Notes: generated from the sequence alone by a model not told the origin. DNA of 64,000 nucleotides from Rhodothermales bacterium (GCA_022822185.1 JAJECE010000077.1:2504-66503); one strand, 5' to 3'; positions 51,424-61,953 are shown, counted from the first letter of the stretch. A program made the numbers and translations.

Positions 51424-53104
51424 CCGAGAGATATTCGTCTCTGGTCATTCCCGGCTTGAACGCACCGAAATAATCATCGGTCAGTTTCTTTGCAATCCCC
51501 GATAATAAAATCAGGGCCACTACATTTGGAATCGTTACAATGGCCAACGCCGTATCCCCAATCCCCCAGATCGTATTCAGGCCGGCCACCGCGCCAAGAA
51601 AATGTATCACCACAAAGATCGTCTTGTAGGGAAGGATGGAGGATTGCCCAAAAAGATACATGGAGCATCGGTCCCCATAATAACTCCAGGAGATTGCCGT
51701 TGAGATTCCAAACAGGAAGACACAGAGGATCACCAGATATTTTCCAATTTCTCCCAGTCCCTGCTCAAATGCCAGTGAGGTCATCGGTGCTCCGTTCTCT
51801 ACGGCCATCCCGTAGAGGCGGGTATACTGTACTTCGCCCTCCGCAGAAACGGCAATGCCCTGCTGCGTATCAATAATGCCGGTGAAGGGGATCGTCTGTT
51901 CCGGGTCAACAAAAAACCTTTCAACCGGAATCTCATGCCATGCATACATGATGCCACCGCTCTCTGCCGACACCTGAATTCCCCCGTCAATCATAAGTTC
52001 CGGGGGCACATCTGAAGCATCCACCGGCACATAACTGCCCCGGGCTTCTTCTACATAGGATAAATCCCCTCCCCCGATCAAAAGCTCCGTCTGGGTTGTA
52101 TCCTTCCATACCCCCGTGGTGAGTACAACCAGCGCCGTAATCGTACAGATCACAATGGTATCAATGAAGGGTTCCAGAAGCGCAACTGCGCCTTCGGACA
52201 CCGGCTCCTGCGTCTTGGCGGCGGAATGTGCAATCGGCGCAGATCCCTGCCCGGCTTCATTCGAGAATAATCCTCTCCGAATTCCCCACAGCATCGTCTG
52301 TAAAATAACGCCAATTCCTGTACCCGCCACGCCCGCGGTCGGGTTGAATGCCTCTGTGAAAATGCTGGCCAATGCCGGAAAGATTCCGTTATAGTTGATC
52401 GCCAGAATCACAACTCCCCCCAATACATACAGGATTCCCATCACCGGAGCCAGAATTCCCGTGACCCGTCCGATCCGGGTAATCCCGCCCAGAATCACCA
52501 ATGCCACCACCGCCGAGGTCAGCCCTCCCGTGATCCAGGTCGGAATCGAAAATTCCGAATTCATCAGATCCGAGACCGTATTGGCCTGGATTGCATTTCC
52601 CGTCATAAACGCCGTCAAAAGCAAGGCGCCTGCAACCAGCATCGCCAGCGGTTTGAAGGCTTTCCCTAATCCGTACTCAATGTAATACATCGGGCCGCCG
52701 GATATCGTCCCCACCAGTTTGCTTCCCTCCCGGTCTACAATGCGAAATCGCTGCGCCAGCGTCACCTCGGTATACTTGGTGCACATTCCTAACAGCGCGG
52801 TAATCCACATCCAGAATATTGCACCCGGCCCTCCCCAGTGAATCGCCAAAGCAACCCCGGCAATATTCCCGATCCCAACCGTTGCCGAGAGTGCCGTCGT
52901 CAGGGCTTGAAAATGTGTGACATCCCCGGCATCATCGGGATCGTCATACTTGCCCGTTGCCACCTTGATGCCGTGCCCAAACTGCCGGAACTGAATAAAT
53001 CCCAGCCGAAAGGTCAAAAAGACTCCGCCTCCAACCAGTATGATCAGGAGTGGATACTGGAGTATGCTGTCAATGAACTGCTGTACGCTGATAAGAATGT
53101 CCAT
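51377..53104 (-). CDS. Sodium:alanine (alanine/glycine:cation) symporter family protein with ~105-aa inserted loop
   Basis: 575 aa. AGCS motifs FQALTTALSATVGIGNIAGVALAI.GGPGAIFWMW and SNEAGQGSAPIAHSAA. Residues ~334-438 look like an extra soluble insertion. Confidence 0.9.
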   Translation of the reverse strand: MDILISVQQFIDSILQYPLLIILVGGGVFLTFRLGFIQFRQFGHGIKVATGKYDDPDDAGDVTHFQALTTALSATVGIGNIAGVALAIHWGGPGAIFWMWITALLGMCTKYTEVTLAQRFRIVDREGSKLVGTISGGPMYYIEYGLGKAFKPLAMLVAGALLLTAFMTGNAIQANTVSDLMNSEFSIPTWITGGLTSAVVALVILGGITRIGRVTGILAPVMGILYVLGGVVILAINYNGIFPALASIFTEAFNPTAGVAGTGIGVILQTMLWGIRRGLFSNEAGQGSAPIAHSAAKTQEPVSEGAVALLEPFIDTIVICTITALVVLTTGVWKDTTQTELLIGGGDLSYVEEARGSYVPVDASDVPPELMIDGGIQVSAESGGIMYAWHEIPVERFFVDPEQTIPFTGIIDTQQGIAVSAEGEVQYTRLYGMAVENGAPMTSLAFEQGLGEIGKYLVILCVFLFGISTAISWSYYGDRCSMYLFGQSSILPYKTIFVVIHFLGAVAGLNTIWGIGDTALAIVTIPNVVALILLSGIAKKLTDDYFGAFKPGMTRDEYLSVARSRAEKHQSGAEV

Positions 53105-53143
53105 ATTTACAATGATTTTTTGGATGAAGCCCCCTAAATATAG

Positions 53144-54193
53144 TCACTGGCTAGTTTGCCTTTGCTCCGCAATGGCCGCCGCCTGAAGTACCGCCTGCAC
53201 CATGCTCCCCTCATTGGCCTGATTCTGTCCCGCAATATTAAATGCCGTGCCATGATCTGGTGAAGTGCGCACAATCGGTAATCCCGCTGTAAAATTCACC
53301 CCGCTCCCAAAGGAGAGGATCTTGAACGGGGCCAGCCCCTGATCATGGTACATGGCCATGATTGCGTCATAGCCACAATACTGCCCGCTCCCAAAAAAAC
53401 CATCCGCCGGAAACGGACCCAGTGCGATAATACCACGATTCCCTGCATCCTTGATAGCCTCAATAATCACATCCTTCTCTTCATTGCCCAATACGCCGCT
53501 TTCGCCGGCATGCGGGTTGAGACCAAGTACGGCAATCTTCGGCCTTAAAATCCCGAAATCCCGAATCAGAGATGCCCTTACCCGCTTAAGTTTTGCAACA
53601 AGCCCATTGACTGTCAGCCGCTCGGAGACCCGCTTTAGAGCAATATGCCCGGTCGCCAAACTGATACGCAGTTCCCTGCACACCATCATCATGACCTGAT
53701 CCTTGACCCCCGTCTTCTTGGCCAGATATTCCGTATGACCCGGAAAATTATATCCAGCTCGAACAATCGCCAGCTTCGAGATCGGCCCGGTCACCAGCGC
53801 ACGCACCTCCCCCTGCCACGCAAGGCGGATCCCTTCGTCTACGGCATCCATCGCCATGCTCCCGGCCTGAGGCGTTAGTTTGCCCATCTCCACCACCACC
53901 TGCTGTTCCTTACTTGTATTGACAATCCGAATACCACGCTTGGGAATCGGGGCATTCATGTTTTCAATGAGCACAGGGGGGCGTCTCCCGAGAGCCTTTG
54001 CGTGCTCCTGCAGCACTTTTCTCGGTCCAATGACCACCGGATCTATCCGCTTCATGACCAGCGGGTCATCCAGACACTTCAGCACCACTTCCGGACCAAT
54101 CCCGTTTGGATCGCCCAGCGTGATCGCAATGCGTGTGCGCTCTTTAGATTCCGCAATCACGGGTCTAGCGCTTCTTAGGGTACGCGTAATCAC
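53144..54193 (-). CDS. pdxA: 4-hydroxythreonine-4-phosphate dehydrogenase
   Basis: 349 aa. ITLGDPNGIGPEV, GHTEYLA, NPHAGE and SPDHGTAF motifs. Confidence 0.9.
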   Translation of the reverse strand: MITRTLRSARPVIAESKERTRIAITLGDPNGIGPEVVLKCLDDPLVMKRIDPVVIGPRKVLQEHAKALGRRPPVLIENMNAPIPKRGIRIVNTSKEQQVVVEMGKLTPQAGSMAMDAVDEGIRLAWQGEVRALVTGPISKLAIVRAGYNFPGHTEYLAKKTGVKDQVMMMVCRELRISLATGHIALKRVSERLTVNGLVAKLKRVRASLIRDFGILRPKIAVLGLNPHAGESGVLGNEEKDVIIEAIKDAGNRGIIALGPFPADGFFGSGQYCGYDAIMAMYHDQGLAPFKILSFGSGVNFTAGLPIVRTSPDHGTAFNIAGQNQANEGSMVQAVLQAAAIAEQRQTSQ

Positions 54194-55664
54194 GAATAAA
54201 CTCCGTCAGAAGGCGGACCCCGAATCCCGTCCCTCCAGCCGGCCTGTAGGGGAGCCCTGTCTTCAGGAAAGAGGGACCTGCCATGTCAATGTGAATCCAC
54301 GGGTAGTCTACAAAGTGTTCCAGGAATTTTGCAGCCGTAATGCTCCCTGCTTCGCGGTTGCCGATATTCTTGATGTCGGCCACATTGCTCTTGAGTGCAT
54401 CCGCATAATGGGCATGCATTGGCATTGGGTGGAGAAGATCACCGCTGCGCTCCGCTGCCTCCATCACGGCATTCATGCGTTCATCTGCATCCATGTCCTC
54501 CTGCGTCATGACCGCCGCAACCTGGCTCCCCAGCGCAACCACCTGTGCACCGGTCAGCGTGGCAAGATCCAAGACGACCTCCGGCCGGTACAGTTTTGCA
54601 TAAGAAAGGGCATCGGCGAGGATCAGGCGCCCTTCTGCATCCGTATTCAGCACCTCAACGGTTTTTCCTGAATGCATCCGGAGCACATCTCCGGGAACAT
54701 AGGCATCCTGCCCCGGCCGATTATCGGTTGCCGGAATCAGACCCATCACATACAATGGAACATCCAGACGGGCAATGGCTTCCATCGCTCCGATCACAGC
54801 AGCGGCACCCGCCATGTCGGCCTTCATGTGATCCATGGAGTCTTTGGTCGGCTTGAGGGACAGCCCACCCGTATCAAACACAATCCCTTTCCCGACCAGC
54901 ACCACCGGTCTGGAATTTCCCGCTTTACTGGGCTTCCAGGTCATTTCGATCATGACAGGCGGCTCCAGACTGCCACGATTCACCCCCAGCAATCCTCCCA
55001 TTTTTTCCTTTTCAATGTCCGACTTGTCCCATACCGACACTTCATAACCATATTTGCGACCAAAGCGTTCGACCATCTTCCCCAGCAGGGTCGGGGTTTT
55101 TTCGTGTGGAGACAGGTTCACCAGATCACGTGCAGTAATGGTTGCTTCCGCCTCAATGCGTCCCCGCTCCGCACCGCGCCGCGCCGATTTTTCATCCGTC
55201 CCCGCATGCAGAACCAGTCGCTCGGTAATGGTCCGCTCTTCATCAGGATGCGCCTTGTAGCGATTATATTCATAGGATGCAAGCATGTATCCCTCTGCCA
55301 GGGCTTGCCCTGTCACTTCAGAACTAAATTCCGAATCAGGAAGACATAATGCGACGGTGGTCGCCTTGGTCTTCATCGCCAGATGTGCGCCCGCTGCGCC
55401 CGCCCGGCGGAGCACCTCCCGCGTGACCTCTTCCAGATACCCCAGTCCAACGACCGCAACCCGGTGCGAACGGCCAGAGGCAGGATAACATAAAAGCGTC
55501 TCCTCCGGGCGGCCTTCAAAGTCCATCAATGCAGTAGAAAGGGCCTCTCCAATGGGACCGCCAATCTGTGCGGCACGGGCACGCGCAAGGGATCGCCCAA
55601 CGGGGATGATGAGCAGATCTACATCCAGATCCTTGAGACTAAGTGTGGTGACAGAAACTTTCAT
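54165..55664 (-). CDS. pepA: Leucyl aminopeptidase (M17)
   Basis: 499 aa. VGKGIVFDTGGLSLKP, MKADMAGAAAV and NTDAEGRLILADAL motifs. Confidence 0.9.
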   Translation of the reverse strand: MKVSVTTLSLKDLDVDLLIIPVGRSLARARAAQIGGPIGEALSTALMDFEGRPEETLLCYPASGRSHRVAVVGLGYLEEVTREVLRRAGAAGAHLAMKTKATTVALCLPDSEFSSEVTGQALAEGYMLASYEYNRYKAHPDEERTITERLVLHAGTDEKSARRGAERGRIEAEATITARDLVNLSPHEKTPTLLGKMVERFGRKYGYEVSVWDKSDIEKEKMGGLLGVNRGSLEPPVMIEMTWKPSKAGNSRPVVLVGKGIVFDTGGLSLKPTKDSMDHMKADMAGAAAVIGAMEAIARLDVPLYVMGLIPATDNRPGQDAYVPGDVLRMHSGKTVEVLNTDAEGRLILADALSYAKLYRPEVVLDLATLTGAQVVALGSQVAAVMTQEDMDADERMNAVMEAAERSGDLLHPMPMHAHYADALKSNVADIKNIGNREAGSITAAKFLEHFVDYPWIHIDMAGPSFLKTGLPYRPAGGTGFGVRLLTEFIRDYAYPKKR

Positions 55665-56704
55665 GGTTGTGAACTTGATAATGCTTTTAAATAGATCTGG
55701 TCTTCTTCTGCCAGAGCCATAGATTCTTTGAATAAATCAGGAACTCCCTGAAGAACGACCTCCACGGCCTCCCGGACCGGGCGCTGGATAAATGCACCCG
55801 CTGCGTTCGGATGCCCGCCGCCGCCATGGTTCTGCGCCCAGATGTCCATGCGATAACTGCCTTTTGAGCGAAAACTCGCCTTTACTCCTTTTTTGATTTC
55901 TGTGAAAACAACGGTCACCCGAACCCCGGCAATGGACATGAGCATATCGGACAGCCCGTGGAGTTCGTCACTGTCTACTCCCGTCACTTCAAGCATATGC
56001 CGGGTTACGGTGATATACGCCAACTGCCCCTCACACAAAAACGTCAACCCCTGAAACACCATCGAAAGCAAACGGGGCCAGGACGGGGTATGGTTTTCGT
56101 AAACCCCGGCATAGACTTCCAGGGGCGGCCTGCTTCCGCGCTCCAGCAGGTCCCCGACGATCCGGTGCACCTTCGGGGTGACCGAAGAAAACCGGAAGGA
56201 GCCTGTATCGGTCATCAGCGCGGTATACAGTGCGGTCGCCATATCTGCATCGATCAGATCCGGGTCATACGCACAGATCAAATCATAAATTAACTCCCCG
56301 GTTGCCGCTGCATTCTCATCCCGTACCATCCAGGTGAACCAGGACTCCGGGGCAGTATGATGATCAATCAGCAGAACCGGCCCCCTGTAGAGGTCCAGAG
56401 CCCGGCCCACCGTCTTTCCCAGACGTTTTCTGGTATTGGTATCCACCACGATGAAGAGATCCGCCCGGGTCACGGCATTCAGATTTTCCAGGCTGCTCCC
56501 TGTTCGGATCACTTCCGAGCCGGACATCCATTCCAGACTCGGCGGAACCTCGTCCGAATTAAACAGCACCACCTCCTTCTCCAGATGCTCCAGAAACCGG
56601 CCAAGCGCAATCTGGGAACCAATTGCATCCCCGTCAGGACGCTGGTGAGTTGTGATCACAAAACGATGATAACCGAGTAATACTCCTAAAATGTCTTTCA
56701 ACAT
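55661..56704 (-). CDS. nrnA: DHH-family bifunctional oligoribonuclease / pAp phosphatase NrnA
   Basis: The tracked ORF runs to 56791. The likely start MLKDILGVL is at 56704. Motifs: HQRPDGDAIGS, VDTN, IDHH and GGGHPNAAGA. A 4-nt overlap with pepA. Confidence 0.85.
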   Translation of the reverse strand: MLKDILGVLLGYHRFVITTHQRPDGDAIGSQIALGRFLEHLEKEVVLFNSDEVPPSLEWMSGSEVIRTGSSLENLNAVTRADLFIVVDTNTRKRLGKTVGRALDLYRGPVLLIDHHTAPESWFTWMVRDENAAATGELIYDLICAYDPDLIDADMATALYTALMTDTGSFRFSSVTPKVHRIVGDLLERGSRPPLEVYAGVYENHTPSWPRLLSMVFQGLTFLCEGQLAYITVTRHMLEVTGVDSDELHGLSDMLMSIAGVRVTVVFTEIKKGVKASFRSKGSYRMDIWAQNHGGGGHPNAAGAFIQRPVREAVEVVLQGVPDLFKESMALAEEDQIYLKALSSSQP

Positions 56705-56902
56705 GACACCAATCAATGCCGCAGTCCGGACAGGAAGTTTTTGTTCGTACCTTTCGTTAACCGTAACTTCCGCCGGCAGAGTGCGACGCACCGGTAATCA
56801 TCTGACAGAATTTTTACAATTTTCCGGTTGATGATCCTCAGGTAAAAACCTTCATATGCAGACTTCAACAGAAATTCCCGGCGATTGTTCGCTAGGCACA
56901 CA

Positions 56903-58252
56903 TCACGATATGGAAAGCCATGCCTGCGTCTGTCGGGGAAGAACCGATTCCGGCGGGATGGACTCGGCAAGTAACGCCCGGCTGATCCGCTCCATACGCG
57001 CCCCCTGCGAGCCCTTGGTCAGGATCACATCCCCCGATTTTGGCTGATAGATGCTTCCGTCATTCAACTTGTGTGCAAGTTCCGCTGAATCTGGAAAGCA
57101 CTGTACACGCTGTCGCAGTTCCAAAGGCAGTTCTTCGGCGGCCGCCTGCATTCGGGAACCACACCCATAGACCAGATCCGCGCTCTGGGCTGCCTGCTGC
57201 AAAACTGCCCTGTGCGCATGCTGCTCCATTGCACCAAGTTCCAGCATATCCCCCAAAAATACAATGCGCCGCTGCGCCGTCTGCTGACAAAGCACCTGCA
57301 GCGCAGCCTTCACCGCATCGGGACTGGCATTATAGGTGTCATCAATGAGGATAGAGTCATTTTTCCCAGGGAGCCGATTGAGGCGGCCTTTTTCAGGTTT
57401 TAGACCGCGCAGCGCTTCGTTAATCGTATGCGGAGGGATTCCCACCACGGTTCCCGCTGCAAATGCAGCGAGTAGAATATAAATGACATGGCCCCCTAAG
57501 AGAGAGACTTCGGAGGTAATCTGGCGGGGTGTGATCTCTGCGTCGCCTGTAATTCCGTAAAAGAGAGATCTTCCCCTGCATACAGCCGCCATTGCCCGCG
57601 TACGCGGATCATCTGCATTCAGGCAGGCCGTACCACCGGCATCCAGCGCCCGAACCAATTCGCTCTTCTCACGCTGAACCCCTTCCATGGAGCCAAGCAT
57701 TTCCAGATGAACCCCGCGCACATTCGTCACAATAGAGATATCCGGCCGGAAGTACTGACAGATTTCTTTCAGATCTCCTTTCCTGGATGCACCCATCTCA
57801 AGAACCAGACGCGTACGGGACTGCAGGTCATGATTCGCCAGTGTTAGGGACAGTCCCAGCACCGTGTTCAGGTTGCCGACCGAACTGACCACCGGGCCGG
57901 CAGTCCGGAGCACCTTGGTCACCGCCTTACGGGTGGTGGTTTTTCCCATGGAACCGGTGATCGCAACCACCTGCGCCTCCGCACGCCTCACCTTGCGCTG
58001 TGCAATCTCTGCGATATATGCAATGGGATCCGGCACAATCGTCAGGCGGCTTTTTTGTACCCCTGTAACCGCCCGCGCAACCACCGCCCTGGAAGCCCCC
58101 CGCCTGAATGCCTCCGGCACAAAATCATGTCCATCATAGCGCTCCCCCCTGATTGCAATATAGGTATCCCCCTTCGCCAGTGTCCGCGTATCAATTGAAA
58201 ACGCCATTATCGACTGCGAAGTAGTTGGGTGCGCCTGACATGGCTGATCCAT
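56903..58252 (-). CDS. murF: UDP-N-acetylmuramoyl-tripeptide--D-alanyl-D-alanine ligase
   Basis: IDTRTLAKGDTYIAIRGERYDGHDF, ITGSMGKTTT and DDTYNASP motifs. An alternative start (MAFSIDTR) at 58207 shares one base with the ddl stop codon (TAATG). Confidence 0.9.
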   Translation of the reverse strand: MDQPCQAHPTTSQSIMAFSIDTRTLAKGDTYIAIRGERYDGHDFVPEAFRRGASRAVVARAVTGVQKSRLTIVPDPIAYIAEIAQRKVRRAEAQVVAITGSMGKTTTRKAVTKVLRTAGPVVSSVGNLNTVLGLSLTLANHDLQSRTRLVLEMGASRKGDLKEICQYFRPDISIVTNVRGVHLEMLGSMEGVQREKSELVRALDAGGTACLNADDPRTRAMAAVCRGRSLFYGITGDAEITPRQITSEVSLLGGHVIYILLAAFAAGTVVGIPPHTINEALRGLKPEKGRLNRLPGKNDSILIDDTYNASPDAVKAALQVLCQQTAQRRIVFLGDMLELGAMEQHAHRAVLQQAAQSADLVYGCGSRMQAAAEELPLELRQRVQCFPDSAELAHKLNDGSIYQPKSGDVILTKGSQGARMERISRALLAESIPPESVLPRQTQAWLSIS

Positions 58253-59298
58253 GCATCCTGAATCAGGGCATCCACCAGTTCAGAAAACGGTACTCCCGAA
58301 TAATCCCAGAGCATTGGATACATGCTGACCGAAGTAAACCCCGGGATGGTGTTGATTTCATTGACCAGTATCCGGTAATTTTCTTCAAGAAAAAAATCAA
58401 CCCGGGCCATCCCGAAACAGCCCAGCACACGGCAGGCCTTCCGGGCCAGATTCTGCATCTGTGTCATGACATCCTCTGGAATCGGTGCCGGAATGATGAT
58501 TTCGGTGGAGGACGCATCATTATACTTTGCCTGATACGAGTAGAAGGAGTGGGTGGTGATGACTTCGCCGCAAATGGATACCCGCACGGGATTGCGGCCC
58601 AGGATCGCACACTCAACCTCCCGGCCGCGGACCGCCGCCTCCACCAGCACTTTTTCGTCGTACTGGAACGCCGCTTCAATGGCCGATTGATAGTCCGCCA
58701 GCGATTCCACACGTGAAATCCCGATGGATGATCCTGTATTGGCGGGTTTTACGAAAAGCGTTTTCCCTAGCGTTCTGGCCAGATAGTCATAACTGGGCAG
58801 ATTGGTCTCCCCGTTATGGAGCACCTGAAAGTCTGGCACCGCAATCCCCGCCTCCCGCAGGAGGCGCTTGGACACATCTTTATCCATACAAACCGACGAT
58901 CCCAGAACTCCCGCACCGACATAGGGAATCTCGTACATCTGAAACAGTCCCTGAATGGCCCCATCCTCTCCATTTGTCCCATGCAGAACCGGAAAGACCA
59001 CATCCACCTGAACAGCATCCTGCGGTCGTTCCAGAACAGCCAGTCTTCCATCGGGCTGCAGGGACACCTGCTCCCCCGATGCCTGAAAATCAATCTCTGA
59101 CGGCAGGGCCCCTTGCGCCGTCGGCACATGAACCCAGGTGCCATCCTGATCAATGCGAACCAGTGTCACTCTGTAACGTGTCCGATCTACGGCACCGAAG
59201 ACATTCCGTGCGGATACCAGAGAAACTTCATGTTCCGCGGACTGACCTCCATAGATAAGAAGGAGATGGGGGACGGAGGGAGTGCGTAGCGAGGTCAC
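58207..59298 (-). CDS. ddl: D-alanine--D-alanine ligase
   Basis: 363 aa. LLIYGGQSAEHEVSL, FPVLHGTNGEDGAIQG, an ATP-grasp region and NEINTIPGFT. Confidence 0.95.
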   Translation of the reverse strand: MTSLRTPSVPHLLLIYGGQSAEHEVSLVSARNVFGAVDRTRYRVTLVRIDQDGTWVHVPTAQGALPSEIDFQASGEQVSLQPDGRLAVLERPQDAVQVDVVFPVLHGTNGEDGAIQGLFQMYEIPYVGAGVLGSSVCMDKDVSKRLLREAGIAVPDFQVLHNGETNLPSYDYLARTLGKTLFVKPANTGSSIGISRVESLADYQSAIEAAFQYDEKVLVEAAVRGREVECAILGRNPVRVSICGEVITTHSFYSYQAKYNDASSTEIIIPAPIPEDVMTQMQNLARKACRVLGCFGMARVDFFLEENYRILVNEINTIPGFTSVSMYPMLWDYSGVPFSELVDALIQDAWISHVRRTQLLRSR

Positions 59299-60581
59299 GG
59301 TTGATGCTCTACCAGTTGCCCTTTATTATAGATCGCCCAGGAACGCCCGGTCATGGGCGAGCCTATGAACGGAGTGTTCCGGCTTTTGGAGTGAATATGT
59401 CTGGGTTCGAATATCCAGTTGGTCGTTGCGTCAAAGATAGTCAGATTCGCTTTTGCTCCAACTTCAATCGCCGGGACCTCCAGTCCCAGAATTTCACGCG
59501 GCGCAACACACAGCCGGTTTACGGCCTCGGCAACACTCAAATGCCCCGGCGCGATCAGGTGCTGCCCCGTGAGTCCCCAGGCGGTCTCCAGCCCGATAAT
59601 TCCAAATGGAGACGATACAAAGTCCGTCTCCTTTTCAAACGGTGCATGCGGCGCATGATCGGTACAGATCACGTCCAGCGTTCCATCGCAAAGCCCGGTT
59701 TTGATTGCTTTGACATCCTCGTCCGTTCGCAGGGGGGGATGCATTTTTGTCTGTGCATCCAGACCGGACTCGGCAACCACCTTATCAGTCAATGCAAAAT
59801 GATGCGTACAGGCCTCGGCGGTCACATGGACCCCCCGTGCTTTGGCTTCCCTGATCATTGCAGTCGAACGCGCAGTCGATACATGTGCGACATGTAAATG
59901 CCCCTGCGTCAACTCGGCCAACATGAGATCCCGCCCAAGCATGGACTCCTCCGAAAATGTCGGGATCGGAGCCAGCCCCAGGCTAGTGGATACGATCCCT
60001 TCATTCATCTGCCCCTTGGGCCCCATAGACAGATCTTCCATGTGATTAATGATCGGCCTGCCAACCACGCGGGTATACTCAAGCGCCCGGCGCATGAGGC
60101 TCCCGTTCTGCACGGGCGATCCGTCGTCACTGAATGCCACGGCACCCGTGGCCGCCAGTTCTGCCATTTCTGAGAGATCATTCCCCTGACGCCCCCGGGA
60201 TACGCACGCAATTGGATACACATCCACCGGGAGCACTTCCGCCCGCTGAATCAGAGAATGAACCGCTTCCCGGCTATCAATGGGGGGCGTGGTGTTTGGC
60301 ATACAGGCAACGGCCGTAAACCCCCCAAAGGCGGCAGCACGGCACCCGGTCATGACCGTCTCCTTATGCTCTTCGCCGGGATCCCGTAAATGAACATGCA
60401 TATCCATCCATCCCGGAGAAATCATTCGCCCTTCTGCTTCGATAACCTGTTCGTCGGAGACCGAAAGGCCTGGAGCAATCTCTGCAATCACGCCCTCCCG
60501 GATACGCAGATCTGCCCGCTGATACTCCCCGGTTGCGGGATGCAGGATCACTCCATTCTGGATACAAAGATCTGGGGTCAT
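59295..60581 (-). CDS. pyrC: Dihydroorotase
   Basis: 428 aa. WMDMHVHLRDPG, FTAVACMPNT and CTDHAPH motifs. A 4-nt overlap with ddl. Confidence 0.9.
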   Translation of the reverse strand: MTPDLCIQNGVILHPATGEYQRADLRIREGVIAEIAPGLSVSDEQVIEAEGRMISPGWMDMHVHLRDPGEEHKETVMTGCRAAAFGGFTAVACMPNTTPPIDSREAVHSLIQRAEVLPVDVYPIACVSRGRQGNDLSEMAELAATGAVAFSDDGSPVQNGSLMRRALEYTRVVGRPIINHMEDLSMGPKGQMNEGIVSTSLGLAPIPTFSEESMLGRDLMLAELTQGHLHVAHVSTARSTAMIREAKARGVHVTAEACTHHFALTDKVVAESGLDAQTKMHPPLRTDEDVKAIKTGLCDGTLDVICTDHAPHAPFEKETDFVSSPFGIIGLETAWGLTGQHLIAPGHLSVAEAVNRLCVAPREILGLEVPAIEVGAKANLTIFDATTNWIFEPRHIHSKSRNTPFIGSPMTGRSWAIYNKGQLVEHQP

Positions 60582-60831
60582 TTACGCCCTGAAATATTAT
60601 GAGACATTTCCTCCGGCAGAACCGATAAAGTATTCTGCCGATGGCCGTACAATTTAGGAATTTCTTGCTTCTTCAAAACAATCGGGAGCCGGTGCACCTG
60701 TCTTAAACGCGCACGCACCAGAAAGATCTTGAAATCCTGCGCCAATGCTTTTTGCAAAATCTGAGTCCCCCTGATCCTTTGCTCAGTGCGCCGTCCCGAT
60801 CGTTACGCGTCAGGATATAGCGGGGTCCTCT

Positions 60832-60880
60832 CCGGGATCCGGCATCTCTCGGGGTCACCCTTTGACCTGCCGGATCCCGG
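60832..60880. repeat. 13-bp perfect inverted repeat in the pyrC / response-regulator divergent region
   Basis: CCGGGATCCGGCA (60832..60844) pairs with TGCCGGATCCCGG (60868..60880), spacer 23 nt. Function unknown (operator or RNA hairpin). Confidence 0.4.
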
Positions 60881-61233
60881 CAGTTTCATTCGAACCTGAT
60901 CCACTTCCGCCCCGCCGTTCGAAAATACATGGCGGCCTGTACACGAACAATCTTCCGACTTCTTATTACAAGTTCGAACCGGCATGGCCCAAATGGAGAT
61001 AAACGGAACAGAAAATCACAGGTCAGACCCGTTTCCGGCGTTATATGCAGGCATATGTGCACCCTGCCGGGAAGCCGGGATCGCCTATGCACTATCCAAT
61101 CTGCACTCGTGGGGATAATTGCCTAAATTAGTATGTGGTGCGGGAATACTGAATCCCCGCTTCGCCCGCATGGCGATTCGGTGCACCGAATTTGCGTGTA
61201 ATGGCCTTCGGTGTCTCAAATTTGGATCCATCC

Positions 61234-61953
61234 ATGGTACAGAAATCTAAAGAAAAATATGAAACGAATATCCTCATCGTTGAAGACGAGGAGGATATAG
61301 CGGAAGTCATTGCTCATTTTCTTGGAGAAATTGGCTATAACATAGATATTGCCTACGACGGGCAGCAGGCCCTGAAAAAGGCGCACCCCTGGACGGATCT
61401 GATTCTCCTTGATGTGATGCTCCCCAAGCTTGACGGGTTTGAAGTCTGCCAGCGACTCCGGTCAAAATCTGAAACCGAGGAGATCCCCATCATTTTCCTT
61501 ACCGCAAAAGGTGAAGACGAAGATCATGTCCGCGGACTTTTGTTAGGCGGAGATGACTACCTGATCAAGCCTGTCGCAATGGATGTCATCCTCGCACGGA
61601 TACAGGCGGCGCTGCGGCGGGCACACATCCGGGAGGTGGAGACAATTAATATCATGGGACTGACGCTTTTTGTTAATGAATTTCGGGCAGAATACAGGGG
61701 GCGGGATCTCGGACTCACCCTGACCGAACTTGAGCTGCTGAGTTACCTGATCCGACATCCCAGACAGGCCTACCGCCGGGAAGAATTGCTGGACGTACTC
61801 TGGACAGACTCCAAGATGGTCACACAGCGCACGGTCGACACGCACATGAAAAATTTGCGTGAGAAATTAGGGGGCTTTGCCAAGTATATTGAGACGGTCT
61901 GGGGCGTTGGCTACTGCTTCAATGACACCGTCTCCTACGAAGAAGAAGACTGA
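61234..61953 (+). CDS. OmpR/PhoB-family response regulator
   Basis: The tracked ORF starts at a TTG (61192); the first ATG is at 61234 (MVQKSKEKYETNILIVEDEEDI). Receiver Asp in LILLDVMLPKLDG. The winged-helix C-terminus is ...LTLTELELLSYLIRHP...VDTHMKNLREKL...VWGVGYCF. Confidence 0.9.
   Translation: MVQKSKEKYETNILIVEDEEDIAEVIAHFLGEIGYNIDIAYDGQQALKKAHPWTDLILLDVMLPKLDGFEVCQRLRSKSETEEIPIIFLTAKGEDEDHVRGLLLGGDDYLIKPVAMDVILARIQAALRRAHIREVETINIMGLTLFVNEFRAEYRGRDLGLTLTELELLSYLIRHPRQAYRREELLDVLWTDSKMVTQRTVDTHMKNLREKLGGFAKYIETVWGVGYCFNDTVSYEEED

Noticed and set aside
60582-61233. The long gap checked for RNase P RNA, tmRNA, SRP RNA or 6S RNA.
   Set aside because: None of the universal motifs I know are present on either strand. 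I looked for GGAAAGUCCGG, the tmRNA 3' tRNA-like end with a T-loop and CCA, and the SRP GGAAGCAGCCA-type domain IV. GGTTCGAAT-like strings lack flanking complementary stems.
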